Source: Camelus dromedarius (Eukaryota). Taken from it: a stretch of DNA of 64,000 nt. The translations under genes were made by a program, and so were the position numbers. Positions 12,960 through 25,245 of the stretch are shown here, piece by piece. Location of the stretch: positions 25,360,001-25,424,000 of the forward strand of contig NC_087437.1 of assembly GCF_036321535.1 (NCBI RefSeq). The letters are read 5' to 3'. The notes under the pieces are model-generated. The model was not told the DNA's origin, ran no database searches, and saw nothing but the letters and a program-made list of their open reading frames with translations. Position 1 is the stretch's first letter. Each line of letters starts with the position of its first letter.

Positions 12960-13660
12960 TCACTACAGACAATTGTGAGGTTAATCTAAGCCATTTTCCT
13001 TTGTGAAGATCTGATCCGTCTACAAGCTTTTGGAATTTTCTCATTATTGTTGATGTTCTTAAATTTTACCATAATGTGTCTACATGTGAGTTTTTCTTTA
13101 TTTATCCTGTTTGGCATTCTGGGGTTATTTTCAATATGATTTATTTAACCTTGCTTTAGTTCTGGGAAAGTGTGCATGATTATTTCCTCAACAATCTCCT
13201 CTCCTTCCAATTTTTCCTCTCCTTCCAATTTTTCCTCTCCTTTGTCTCTTAATGTTTAGATTCTGATGCCTACTAACGTTCACATAACCTTAACTTTTAT
13301 AATTTCTCTCTCTTTATCTTCTTAATTCTTTCCATGAGAGTTTCTTGACCTGATTTTCAAGTTTATACATTTTCAATTGTAATCATTTAGCTTTTTATCT
13401 TATCTATTATTTAATTCTAATTATTGTCTTTCTATATGCTCAATCTTTCCCCTTTGTGTTTTTTTTAATAATGGCTTATTTTTCCTTCATTTTACTGTTA
13501 TTCTCTCAGGAATTAGAGAATATTATTTTTATTTTTAATTCTTGATCTGCCTATTTAATTAAGTCTGTTTCATTGAGTTTTGCATGCTCATTTGTCCTTT
13601 ATCAGGACTCTGTCCCTCAAATGTCTGGCTCCTTTTGGTAATGAATACATTTCTCCTGGG
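12960..13660 (-). mobile_element. Very old L1 (L1ME-like) ORF1-region remnant
   Basis: T-rich 'ttcttaaattttaccataatgtgtctacatgtgagtttttcttatttatcctgtttggcattc...ttctgggaaag' is typical of antisense old L1 ORF1. Confidence 0.6.
13197..13242. repeat. 18-bp tandem repeat (about 2.5 copies of tcctctccttccaatttt)
   Basis: Directly visible. Confidence 0.9.
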
Positions 13661-16611
13661 TGGATCCAGTATCTCGCCCGGTAGTTTGAGTAGGATAGAG
13701 CATGCGGGATGCTCCTGGCTTGGTTAGGTGGCAGGACTGTGCCTCAGGGCAGTGGTTGAGAAGCCACAGTCCAGGCTTGATCCTCTCTCCTCTGTCCCAT
13801 TTGCTGTCTCTTCAAGAGGTGGCACTGCTTATCGGGGAATCTCTGTTCCAACACTGCTCTCTCCCTAAAGCCCTCCTCCTTTGGTTTGGTTATCTAGAGC
13901 TTGGGGAGGAGGTGGAGGGGGAGAGGTGGGCAGGGCTCGACAGAGGTCAGCAACTCAGTCTGCATGGTCTTGAACCTCTCTGATGTCACCATGCTGATGC
14001 CAATGGTCAGGGGCAAGTGAGGCCCCTTTTCTATCAGTAATGAGGGGCAGGTGGGCATCTACACAGGCAGTGTGGCACTATGGGAAGGGACACAACTCAG
14101 AAGCTCCTCCCTTCAGCCACCCTCTGTGCTTGTGCATGCAGACCCCTTCGGCCCCGCCAGCTACTGCCCTCCACAACAGCACAGGGCCACTTCTCTCTTT
14201 TCTATGTCTTGACTTTAGTTCCTCAGACCCACACTTTTGGTTTAACTCTGCATCATTTCCAGAGTTGAACTAAAGGAGAAAGTCAGGTAAACAGACCACA
14301 AAGTCTGATCAGGATTCCAACACTGACAAGCAAGACGACTTGGACTTGGCTTTATTTGTGTTCAGTTTGTTTTGCTGAAACTCACAAGCAAGAAATGCAC
14401 AGGATTCCCACAAATGGAAAGGGGATACAGCTCCCCGGGACCTCTCTTGTTCCCCATGAAGGGTGCCTGAAGTCTACACAGTGAAGGAGAGTGCCAGTCT
14501 AGCCAGAGCAGCCCAGGGCCAGGACTAACTGCCCTCTGCCATTAGGCCAGAGGGGTGGCCATGCCTCCAGTCAAGGGCCTACCTACATACAAGGCACCCC
14601 GTGGTATGGCTTCTTGCTTCATAAAGCCTACAGCAGTCATTTATCTGCAGCATATGATCTGTTTCTACTGGGGAAGGAACCCTAATTCTTTTCTTTTTTT
14701 CTCTCCATATTTGCATCCTTTACCAGTCACTCAACTGCAGAAACCCTGTCTAAGTCTATATCTTCAATAGTTTGCACATTGTTAAACATTTGCATTTGTT
14801 ACTGTTTTGTTGTTTATGAGCAAATGGAAGGAAGTAATGGGTTAACATAAGAGTTAAATAGTTGAAATCAAATTCACAAATGAGATGTTTATCTGTGGAA
14901 CAACTCACATCTGAGATGTCAGTCTTGGAATGAATTTTACTCTAGAGATAGGAAGGCAGGATGCTTCACAAAACCAAGGAAGAATCCAAGGGTCACAAGC
15001 AACTTAGGGGCATGGGGGACATGAGTTAAGAGAAAATCTAGGCCAGTTGTCAGGATTCTGTGCAAAAGTGAAAGAGAAAGATAGAGCTGAGTTTGCTCAG
15101 ATCAGTTCACAGAATTATGGGACCTCAGTAGATTGACTGATATTAGAAAACAAGCATAACATAATATGACCAAACCTGCCCCAGCAACATCTGAGGTGAC
15201 CCCTGACCTCTCTTTTATCAGTGCTGGGCGGGGCAGCCAATGAGTGAGCAGATCTCTGCCCTGAAAGAGATGAGATCAGCACCTAAAATGCCAAAGGAAC
15301 TGCTGAGAAGGACGCCCAAGCTAATGCACTATTTCCCAGCATGTCCACTACCGGCCCCCAGGGATCTGGGATGATGAAGCAGAAATGCCCAGTAATGTAT
15401 GTGGGACAGGTTAGGGCCATTTCTCTCCTAACTCCCAGGTAGAGAAGAAAATACTTTCCTTGCAGTGTCACAAAGTTTTCCGATCTCTAAAATCTGGTAT
15501 CTACATTTAAATTTAATGAGGCCATTAACTAAAGTTGCTTCATGTTTGAGAGTTGTTTTTAAAGCACACATTAAAAAAAGTAAATTAAATGATGGGTATA
15601 TACAATCAAGGAAAGGGTCATTACCCTCCTTTGAACAACCAATATGCAGCAATTAATGGGGATTTCTCCATTTAGCAATATTTTCAAAGAGCAAGGCTAA
15701 ATTACTACGGGAAAAATGAAAAGTTAATTAGCTGCTTTTGACTTGTGCTGGGCTTGATTGTTATGCAACCTTTAGAGGTCAACTTTAGAAACAGGATACT
15801 CGTGTGTCCAAGGTGCTAAGCCCATCCGCTTGTTCTTGGGGTTCTAATTAACTTCCATGCTGGTTTGATTAACACTGGCATTTGTTTTTTCCTAGTGGAA
15901 AGCAGCCACTGTATGAAAAAGCTTAAGTGAGTCACCATTTGTTAGCAGATTTGACAATCACAGTTTTTTTTTTCCTCTGTGGTGTCAAACATTTTTGGTG
16001 TAGACTTTGAAATACATGACTTTTATTAGTTGTAAAAAATTATGTAAAACACATATTTTCTTTTATTTCTTCTCAAAATGTCAAGAGGCACCATTACTAT
16101 GTTTCTATGAACAAAGGCACAAGAAACAACATAAAATGGTCATTTCACACATATTATAATATTAAAGTAACCATCATATTTTATACTTTTGATGTCCACT
16201 GGGATAGCCTATGCAACACAGTGATTTCTCAGTTTTTTAACCTATCTCTAGGGTCCTTCAGTCCTTATCACTCCATCTCAGCCCCCCATTCTAGTAGCCC
16301 TGCCCTGGACATTACTGTCATCTAACTACTCTACAACCCAAACTACCAGATCAAACACTCCACTTTATAACCACAGTGACTTTCTCCCCCTTCAGCTAGA
16401 GTCATGATCAGTGGTCCCAGTGGTTCTTAGAGTGAGCTGGAGAGGACAGAGACCATTAAAACACCATTCCAGTGATAGAAAAGAGAATAAATGAGATTCC
16501 GAACCAAAGCGGTAGTGATTAGAAGATGAAAGATGGAAATAAGAAACATTATATAGGCAGAAGAGACAGAACTTAGTTGAAGAGCAAATGTGGAAATTGA
16601 AGGAAAAGAAG

Positions 16612-17177
16612 TATATTAGTCTTCTATTGCTGCATAACAGGTTACTGCAAACCTAGTGGCTTAAACAACACACACGTGTTATCTCTAGTCTCTGTAGGTC
16701 AGAAGTTTGGCCGTGGCTTTGCTGAGTACTCTACTCAGGGTTTCACAAAGCTGAAATCAAAGTGGTAGCTGGGCTGCATTCTCATTGGGAGGCTTGACTG
16801 GGGAAGGATCCACTTCCAAGTTTCTTCAGGTTGTTGGCAGGATTCACTTCCTTGCAGCTGTTTAATTCATGGCAGCTTGCTTCTTCAAAGCCAGCAAGGG
16901 CAGGAGTATCTGCTGTTTCCAGGATCTTATTTCAGAGAAGGCATAGACCCTCTTTTAAAGGATTCGCATAATTAAGTCAGGCCTGCAGGGGACAATCTCC
17001 CTTTGGACTAACTCGAAGTCAATTGGTTAGGGACCTTAGATACATTTAAGCAATCCTTCCACCTTTGCCACCTTCTACTGGTTAGAAGTAAATCACTCAA
17101 AAGGATGGCATTATAAAAAGATGTGTATTTCAGGGAGCAGGAACCACAGGAGCCATTTTAGAATCCAGCCTATCACA
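16612..17177 (-). mobile_element. MaLR LTR (MLT1E/F-like), near complete
   Basis: Begins 'tatattagtcttctattgctgcataacaggttactgcaaacctagtggcttaaacaac' and ends 'ggagccattttagaatccagcctatcaca', matching both MLT1 termini in antisense. Confidence 0.85.
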
Positions 17178-17639
17178 AGAAGAAATAAGCACATTTATTG
17201 AAATATAATTTTGTCTGTTGAATCTTATAATAAAATGTTTGCTTTGTATTTAGTAGTGTCTTGTTTTTTTATTTTTAATTCCAAAATAACTCATATTATT
17301 GTATTTTACTAAAGTATCAGTTGACCGCAGGTTTGAAAATAAAAACTGCATCTCACAGATAGTTTGAGAAGCACTGCTCTACAGCATTCATAAAGACTCA
17401 AGAAGAGACTAAAATATGGAGAGAACAGAGAAAGTGAGAGACAAAGAGTCAGATAAAAGCGAAGGACAGGCTGAGGAAAGAATAAAGGAAGGGGAAAAGT
17501 TGGAAGGGAAGAAGCGTGGAGCACAGAGTAGAAACTTAGAGAGCATCCTCTTCCATCCAGTCAGTTCCAAGGAATTCCCAGGTTACAAGTGTCATCATGC
17601 TCAAGGGAGGCTCTGGGCTCATGACAATGGAGGCCATCG

Positions 17640-18250
17640 GTGTTGAAGGTGAAACTAGTTTGCCCGATGACTGCTACATGGACAATAAAATCTCTGGGAG
17701 ACACAATCCCTGCAAGTCAGAAGAATAAAATGATAAAGAAAATAAAAAACATGAAGGTGTGGTCTTAGAAGCAAACCGATCATGTCAAGAATGGGAAGAG
17801 GAAAGTAACGACCAGATGTCATCAACGTCGAGAGAAGAGGGAGTTTTAGATGGTGGTGGTAGAACACGATCTGGAAGAGGCAGCAAGGAATAAGGATGCC
17901 TCCTTGCATCTTGAGTAGGAGAAGCAGAAAAAGAATTCACTTCCATGGTAAGGTCTTCTAATGGACAAGGCACTTCCAGGACAGAGCTTCACTTGTGTTT
18001 CAGGAAATTGAATCAGGACTAGGAAAAATAAATACGCAGGTTGAAGAAGTTTGTGATGAAGTAATGTCTCTGCCTCATTCGGGAGGAGTAAGGGAAGTCC
18101 CAAAGATGAGAGAGTGTGCTGGGAAGGCTGGGCAAGCTGCGGCAGCCTTGACTTCATGTATATTCCGAATGGCTACCTGAGGGAATAGGTGAACTGTATG
18201 TATAAAAACGCTGAAGCTCAGGAGTGATAATAAATCATGAGACGTGTTGC
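17640..18250 (-). mobile_element. Degenerate L2 internal fragment
   Basis: Purine-rich 'gagggagttttagatggtggtggtagaacacgatctggaagaggcagc' resembles antisense L2. Confidence 0.4.
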
Positions 18251-18312
18251 TAAAGGGAGATGTGAGTAGTGAGAATTTTATTATTAGAGAATTCTGTGCT
18301 ACTAAGGGGACT

Positions 18313-18819
18313 ATATAGTGGGCAAAATGACAGCCTTCCCCGCTGAGCCCCCACCCAAGATGTCAGAGTCCTGATGCCCAGAACCTACGACTATATTACG
18401 TTATGTGGCAAATATGACTTTGCTGATGTGGTTAAATTAAGAATTTTGAGGTGGAGATAAGGAGAGTACCCTGGACCATCCTGGTCAGACCAGTGTAATC
18501 TCAAGGTCCTCATAAGAGGAGGAAGGAAGAGTGGGAGTCAGAGGAAAGGGAGGTGCTGATGGAAGCAGGCCAGAGTGATGTGACTGCTGGCTCTGGGGAC
18601 CACGAGCCAAGGCACGCAGGCAGCCTCTAGGGGACGGAAAAGGCAAGAAAAAAGCCAAAGTTCTGCAGTAGAGCCTCCAGAAGGAAGGTGATCTCGATGA
18701 CACCCATTTTAGTGAAACCCATTTTAGACTGCTTGCCTCCCAAACTCTCAGACAATTCATGTGTATTGTTTTAAGCCACCTTGTGGTCATTGTTCCAAAG
18801 GCAACAGGAAACAAATACA
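18313..18819 (+). mobile_element. MaLR LTR (MLT1D-like)
   Basis: 'cccaagatgtc...cccagaacct...ttatgtggcaaa...gactttgctgatgtggttaaattaag...gttttaagccacc...gcaacaggaaacaaataca'. Confidence 0.85.
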
Positions 18820-18869
18820 TTGCTTCTATGTTTTAATTAAAATTATACTGATAAAATCACTACCCCTCT

Positions 18870-18917
18870 TATATACACACACACACACACACACTCACAC
18901 ATGCAACACACACATAT
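18870..18917. repeat. Imperfect (CA)n microsatellite
   Basis: Directly visible. Confidence 0.9.
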
Positions 18918-21476
18918 AATCACAGAAGATCTGCAAAATCCTGCATTACAACCAAGATGTAAGCAGGTGTAAAGTTGAACTATTTTACCTACTGGTTTGC
19001 TCTGAATTTTCAAGTTTTATATAAAGTTGATAGATGAGAAAATCAGCTTCTATTAACTAGTTAATCGAACTATAATGGAAAATAATATTGAAAGGATGGA
19101 TACAAAACAAATATAATCAATCCCCTAATTGTAAAAGATTCACTAATAAATACACAAAGTTATCACTTAAAAGAAAAACCTTCCAAAGGAGTTAATTTCA
19201 ATATAACATTAAAAAATTCATAAGGATATGACTCTTAAAAGTGAAAATGGAGAAGAATCATTGCTTTTGAAGGATTTTGAAGTCTCTTAAATATTTACTT
19301 ATTTCAAAAAATGAGCAAGAGTGTTACTACCAAGAGAGAAACCCAAGAGGCTTTGCACAAACATCTGTTTTAACAAAACTTGTACAGCAATAAAATCCTC
19401 CTTTGTCCTAAGGCAAGGCCCTCGGACGTGCCCACCAACAGTTCAGTCATTCCACATGCACTGTGCTCTCACCCTGCCCTAAGGAAGTGCGACAGTCACC
19501 CAGTACCGTTTTATTTACATGCTTATTAAAGTCACACAGGTAAAACGTTTCCAAATGTGTTTTCAGCACACATTTTATTTTAGTGCTTTCAAATGTTTGG
19601 AGGATAATTGTTAGAGGGATAGAAAAAAATATAGGAGCTCAGCCTGAGAATAAAAATCTGTTTTGGCATTTTAATGTCTAAAGACTCGAGAACTGCCAAA
19701 TGTTTGCTAATCAAGAAGCAGTAGAAATTCACAAGCAGTCCCCAAAATATAAAACAATTCTATTCACTGTAAAAATATGTTTACTGCATTTACTTACCGG
19801 CTGTTTAGCACAAATGTTTTTTGTCCCAAAGTGAAAAAGCTGGCAATTCTTTAATTTCCAAAGTGTTCATTGAGTGCAGCTGTATATATACAAGGCTTTG
19901 TTAATGGCATATCCAGGTACCATTTGCTTTTCTTTTGTCAGATCCAGCCTTTATTTGAAGTCAACAGAAGCCCTTTCCCTTTTCCCTCTGGCACCATTTG
20001 TAGTTATTGTGTTCTCAGAGAAAGCACAGGCATCAGGGCATGGACTGATCTTGCTTTGCGCCCATTCAGATGCAGTGTTGACATTTGGGGGATAACTTCA
20101 ACTTTTTTGCTTTCAAATGTATGACAGTCTTCAAAAATAGCCCAGAGTATTGCATTTGGGACTTACCGACATTAAAATATCTGCTAGAGTAAAAACAGTA
20201 ACTACAGTTGGTTTTTTTTTTTTTTTAACAGCTCAAAGAACACACCTTGTACTTAAAGAAATTTCATTGTCATTTCAAAAGGCGATTTCTTTAGTTGAAC
20301 CATAGTCTCACCTCCCTTTTGGATCCCAAATTTCCATTTCAAGTATGAACCTTAAGGGGTCGGTGGCCTAGCACTGGCTGATATAATCTCAGCCTCTCAA
20401 TGAATGCATAGTCATCAGAGGAAAAGATTACCCCTTATGTATAGAAATAATGACTCCAGGAATGAATAAACTAATTCTGTAGCCCATAAAACTAAGTCAA
20501 GATTACAGATGCCTTATCTCTTCTTTTGGAACAAGGAGGTTTAGTGTTGAAGACAGAGAAAAAATAATAAAAGGAGTAAATATTTTGAGTCCCAATATTT
20601 AATAAATACCGTTTGTGTGCACAACTATTTTAAAAGGAAGGAAACAATAGGAAAAGGGCTTTAAAGAGTTAAGTCTATAAATGCACTCTTGGGTGGTTTA
20701 AGTGGGAGTATGTGAATCACAGGGACATCACTATATCACCTGGGGCTCAGCCTGTGAGCAAAACAGGCACCAGCTAAAGAGATGCTCAGGTTCCTGCAAA
20801 TGAGAGTACCTTTCTTGGAAACCCAACCTTTCCAGCTTCCACCAATTCGGCCCCCTTTTCACTAACATTTTGCTTCCACCTCTTCTTAAAACACTTAAAA
20901 GGAACCGCTAATATAACCACCACAGAAGTCTCAGGAATTGTTACCTAGAGTATCACAGCCATCCGAAAGAGTTCATATATCTGCTTAGCAATATTCCTCT
21001 GAGTAAAACAGGAAGTTCAAAAAGATGTTTGATGGAACAGGTTATTTTGGGTACTTATTTCTAAGGCCACTTTAAACTTTACAATAACCCTCTAAGGGAA
21101 ATAAAACTCCTATTAAAGCCTTAATTAAGTTAAAAAGAACTCCAATAGGAAAACATAAAAGCCACACAGCCACTGCTGACTCCAGGCATTGAGACCTATA
21201 AAAGAATATCTAAGAAGCAGAGGTGGGGCTGGAACATTCAGAGATGTATGCCTCTAAATTTCTGCTTCCACAGTGCACTTTTCAGCCATTATGTTGGTGC
21301 AAGACTGAAGACTCTAGAACATTTTGAAGCATTAATCATTCAACAACCTGTGGATTTTATTTCCCATCACTCTTTCTTCTAGACCTGGAAGCTTGATCAT
21401 TACAGAAGGTGATGATGGGAGGTGACACATGGGAGGTATAGCAGGTCAGTTCTGGCAGGTCAGGAAAAAAGAAGTT

Positions 21477-21750
21477 TCAAAACTTCTAGTTATAAGATGA
21501 GTAAGCTCTGGGGATTCAAATTGCAGTATGGTGATTATAGTTAATAATAGTGTGTTGTATACTTGAAAGTTGCTAAGAGAGTAGATCTTAAATGCTTTTC
21601 ACATAAAAACGGTAACTGTGACGTGATGCAAGTGTTAGCTAACACTATGGTGGTAATAATGCTGCAATATATGAGTGTATCAAATCAATACAGTGTACAC
21701 CTTAAACTTACACAATGTTATATGTCAATTATATCTCAATAAAAGAGGAA
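21477..21750 (+). mobile_element. L1 3' end (L1MA9-like)
   Basis: 'agttataagatgagtaagctctgggga...ttgtatacttgaaagttgctaagagagtagatcttaaa...tacaccttaaacttacacaatgttatatgtcaattatatctcaataaaa'. Confidence 0.85.
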
Positions 21751-23329
21751 AAATTGATTAAATGTTTGTTAATATGGTCTGAGAAATATATACTATTCAA
21801 AGAACACTTGTTTTCAACAATTCCTTACCTTCAGACCTCATTCCTCCCACAACTTTCCTTAAAGACAATCAATAAAACACATTTTGAAAAATTGATGTCT
21901 TTTAGAAGAACCAAATTTGAGTAGAACCGAACTCAGCCTTCAGAGTGTGCGTTTGTGTATGTGAAGGAAGAAGCGGGGGTGGGGGATGGTGGGAGAAAAC
22001 AGAGGGGCGGGATGTGAATCCCACGTCGTTGTGATGAGAGCTAGACACTTCAGTTAGCCTTTCAATTGATGATCAGATGAAAAATTGTTGTGCTGTTTCA
22101 AAACTGATTGGCATTTTAATTATTCTACAGCTGGAAGTGTTAGTCACACCAGAGAATGAAGGGATAATTCCCAGCTGGTAAAACTTCACACAATAGCTTG
22201 GCAGGCACTGCACCAATATGCAGATAGTTTAAATCAATTGTTAAAGAAAAATATATAAATATTTAAAATCTCTTCACAAATTAAATCAGCAACAGTAGAT
22301 TTATATTTAATAATCTCCTTAGCTATGATCTGCACTTCTTATTTTTGACTGTCAGAGAGTCAAAACACTTTATGAATCGGAGGAAATTACAAATTAAATA
22401 TAACTAATTTAAATAGTGTGAGATGATTAAAAGAAATTAAGATAATTAACTTAGTTTTGTTTATAAAATGGAAACTTTATCACTGTTCAAACCGATGCAT
22501 TATTTTTAACACAAGCCTCTCTCTTAGAAAGCTCATGTTGTCTTTTACTGATTAAATATCTCAAAATACATGTTTACTTCAGAGAAACACTTGTTTAAGT
22601 TAGTTCTTTACATATTTATTTGATCGTAAGTTATCACCTAGACCGTTACTGCAAAATTTCTTAGAGTTTCTAACTGACAGCTGTGGAATGAGCCCTAGGA
22701 GTCTGAATTATCAAAAAAGACTCTGGATGAAGACAAGTTTGGAAATACTGGAATGCATATTTGGATTTTTTATTAGACTTCATTTATTTCTACTTGCATA
22801 TAGAAATAATATCTGTTTTTCCCAAATTTATTCTGTCTTTTCTATCTTTTTCCCTAAAAGATAGAAATAACTGCCAAAGTTAATTAAAATACAAAATTTC
22901 TACCTATTAGTTTTGATGATAAAAAATAAACCTGAAATTTTTTCCATCAAATTCTAATAACAATTCTAGTTTTGACCTATACTAAAACTTTCAACAGTCA
23001 AATGTGTTTCAACTTTTTACTGAGCTGTAAACCGTGAGAATGTGAATGTGCTTTGCTTTTAACAGAAGTTTGCAACAGAAAACACATTCCAAGAGGAATA
23101 ATATTAACTTAGATATTAACATTTTGCCTTCAAAGCAAGTTTTTCTCCAGATTTTCCTTAATCTGTATAAAAGTGTCAAGTTTCAGAAATAATTATAAAG
23201 ATTTTTGAATCCATGTGAAATACACAGCAACTGAGGTGCGCCAGTGTCCCTGGTTAATCAGGGGAAGCCTTCAGGAAAGGGCTGAGCTGCCCGATATTTA
23301 ATTCTATGCTGAGTGTTACTGTGCACCAG

Positions 23330-23510
23330 GCGTTAGTCCAGGTGAAAATGTAACCCTGAGGTAGCTATTACTATTATGTTATTCTAATTCCTATTTTATA
23401 GGCAAAGAGATGGAAATACTGTGAAAACAAGTAATTTATCCAAGATTACACATTTATTAAGTTATTAACTAGCAGATCTGAGAACTGAACCTACGAAGTC
23501 TGGCTTTTGG
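23330..23510 (-). mobile_element. MIR fragment
   Basis: 'aaccctgaggtagctattactatt...cctattttataggcaaagagatgg...aatttatccaagattacac...agatctgagaactgaacct'. Confidence 0.65.
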
Positions 23511-23561
23511 AGAAAAAAAAGCAAAGCAAAACAAACAAACAAACAAACAAGCAAACAAAAA
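23511..23561. repeat. A-rich (AAAC)n simple repeat
   Basis: Directly visible. Confidence 0.85.
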
Positions 23562-23710
23562 CCCCATAACCTTGTATCTACCTCTATAATAAACTGCTAC
23601 GTCATTTTCAATCTTTTCGTAAATACATTAATCAAATGCAACCATTGTTAAATTGGTATCCTCCAAAATCCAATAGACTTTCCCCCCCCCCAATTTTAGG
23701 TTAAAAATCT

Positions 23711-23732
23711 AAAAAAAAAAAAAAAAAAAAAA
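23711..23732. repeat. Poly(A) run, 22 nt
   Basis: Directly visible. Confidence 0.95.
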
Positions 23733-25185
23733 TGACAGCTCTCTGTTTGACAGGTTGTGGCGCCCTAATGTGCCAGAGGTTGTCCAGGGCATTCAGGAAA
23801 CTGCCGCTGCCGCTGCCGCTACAGCTGCTGGACTTAACCAAGGAAGATAAGGAAAGATTGGTGTGTCAATAATTAGAACGGACTTTCAGAACTAAAGGTT
23901 TAAGAAGATATTCTGAGAAAGTCTTTAGGTTGTAAAATAAACAGATCTGGTCGGTTTATTTTTCTGAGATCCCTTAACTAAACTGAGCAAGCAGGGACTA
24001 GATGGGTGGTGATTGCCGTATGTGAAAAGGATCACCTTCCATTGCACACCCATCTCCTCTCCCCCATCCCTTTGCTTCAGCTTTTAGTCATAACGAGCAA
24101 GAAGTGACTTGTTCTGTCATCTGACTTTTAAGGGGAAAAATTATTTTTTTTCAATGAACAGCATCATTCTGCCTCTAAGACATGGGATGTTTTATTTCAA
24201 CAAAGAAGTAAGCTCAGCCTGACTCTTAGAATAAGACTCACTTTTAGAGTAAGAACATGGTTGTCTATATGCGCAGTACATTCTGATTTTTTTTTTAAGA
24301 AAATTGAAACAAACTTGACTCTGCTCCAGGTCGTGAAGCTCTTAGGCCCTTGGGTTGCTGATTTACAAGTTGATGTCTACATGCTGTATCTTTTTATGTT
24401 CCAGTTTATAATGCAGTTATGCAGACCTCTTAAGCTATTAAGACATCATCATTGATGTTGCAATTTGTGTATATGTTTTATACCTCATTAAATTCTCATC
24501 TTTCTAGTTCACAGAAATAGGCTTCTGGCCTAGGCTACAGCATAATCTCATAACATAATGAACAATGTAAAATCATCACAGAGCAAGTTGATGGCTGAAA
24601 TCTTTACCCCAATCAATGATTTATTGGGGATAATGGCTTCATAGTCAAATACAAATTTGTCCATGGCACAATTCAGGTAATTCCTAAAAGCAGAAGTTTA
24701 GCATCCCATCAGTAAATCTTTCTGTTTTAAAAAAGAGCAATATAAATGGCACATAGAACAACACTATGGGCTGTTTCCCTACAAAAATGGCCAAGTTTTA
24801 GATTCCCTAGTAAGAGGATAAATTTGTAATTGATGCTACTTTCCCACTTCTGCAGTTTGTAATTCAGCAAGGCAGTTCTTCTCTCTCAACCTTACAATGT
24901 TTTCATGAGGAAATGTCTCATGATTCCAGACACTAACGATTGTTTGGAATTTTCCCTGACCAGGTGATTAATCCTAGCCCCTGACTTAGTGCCTCAGACA
25001 CAGTGGGAGGCCAAGAAAGAGCTGTTGGCTGAAAATAGCCAATTCATTTAACTGAATTAACTTTTACCTAAAATAAAAAATCACCGCCCAAAGTCCACAG
25101 GAGGAAAGAACAATTAAGAAATTAAGAGATTCATTAATTATCCTTGCATATGTCTATTTACAAAGCTATTAATCTGTTTGTTTAA

Positions 25186-25245
25186 GTATATGTGTCTATG
25201 TGTGTGTATATGTATATACATACACATATACACACACATACACAT
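25186..25245. repeat. Compound (TG)/(TA)/(CA) dinucleotide microsatellite
   Basis: Directly visible, mostly alternating purine-pyrimidine tract. Confidence 0.85.
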
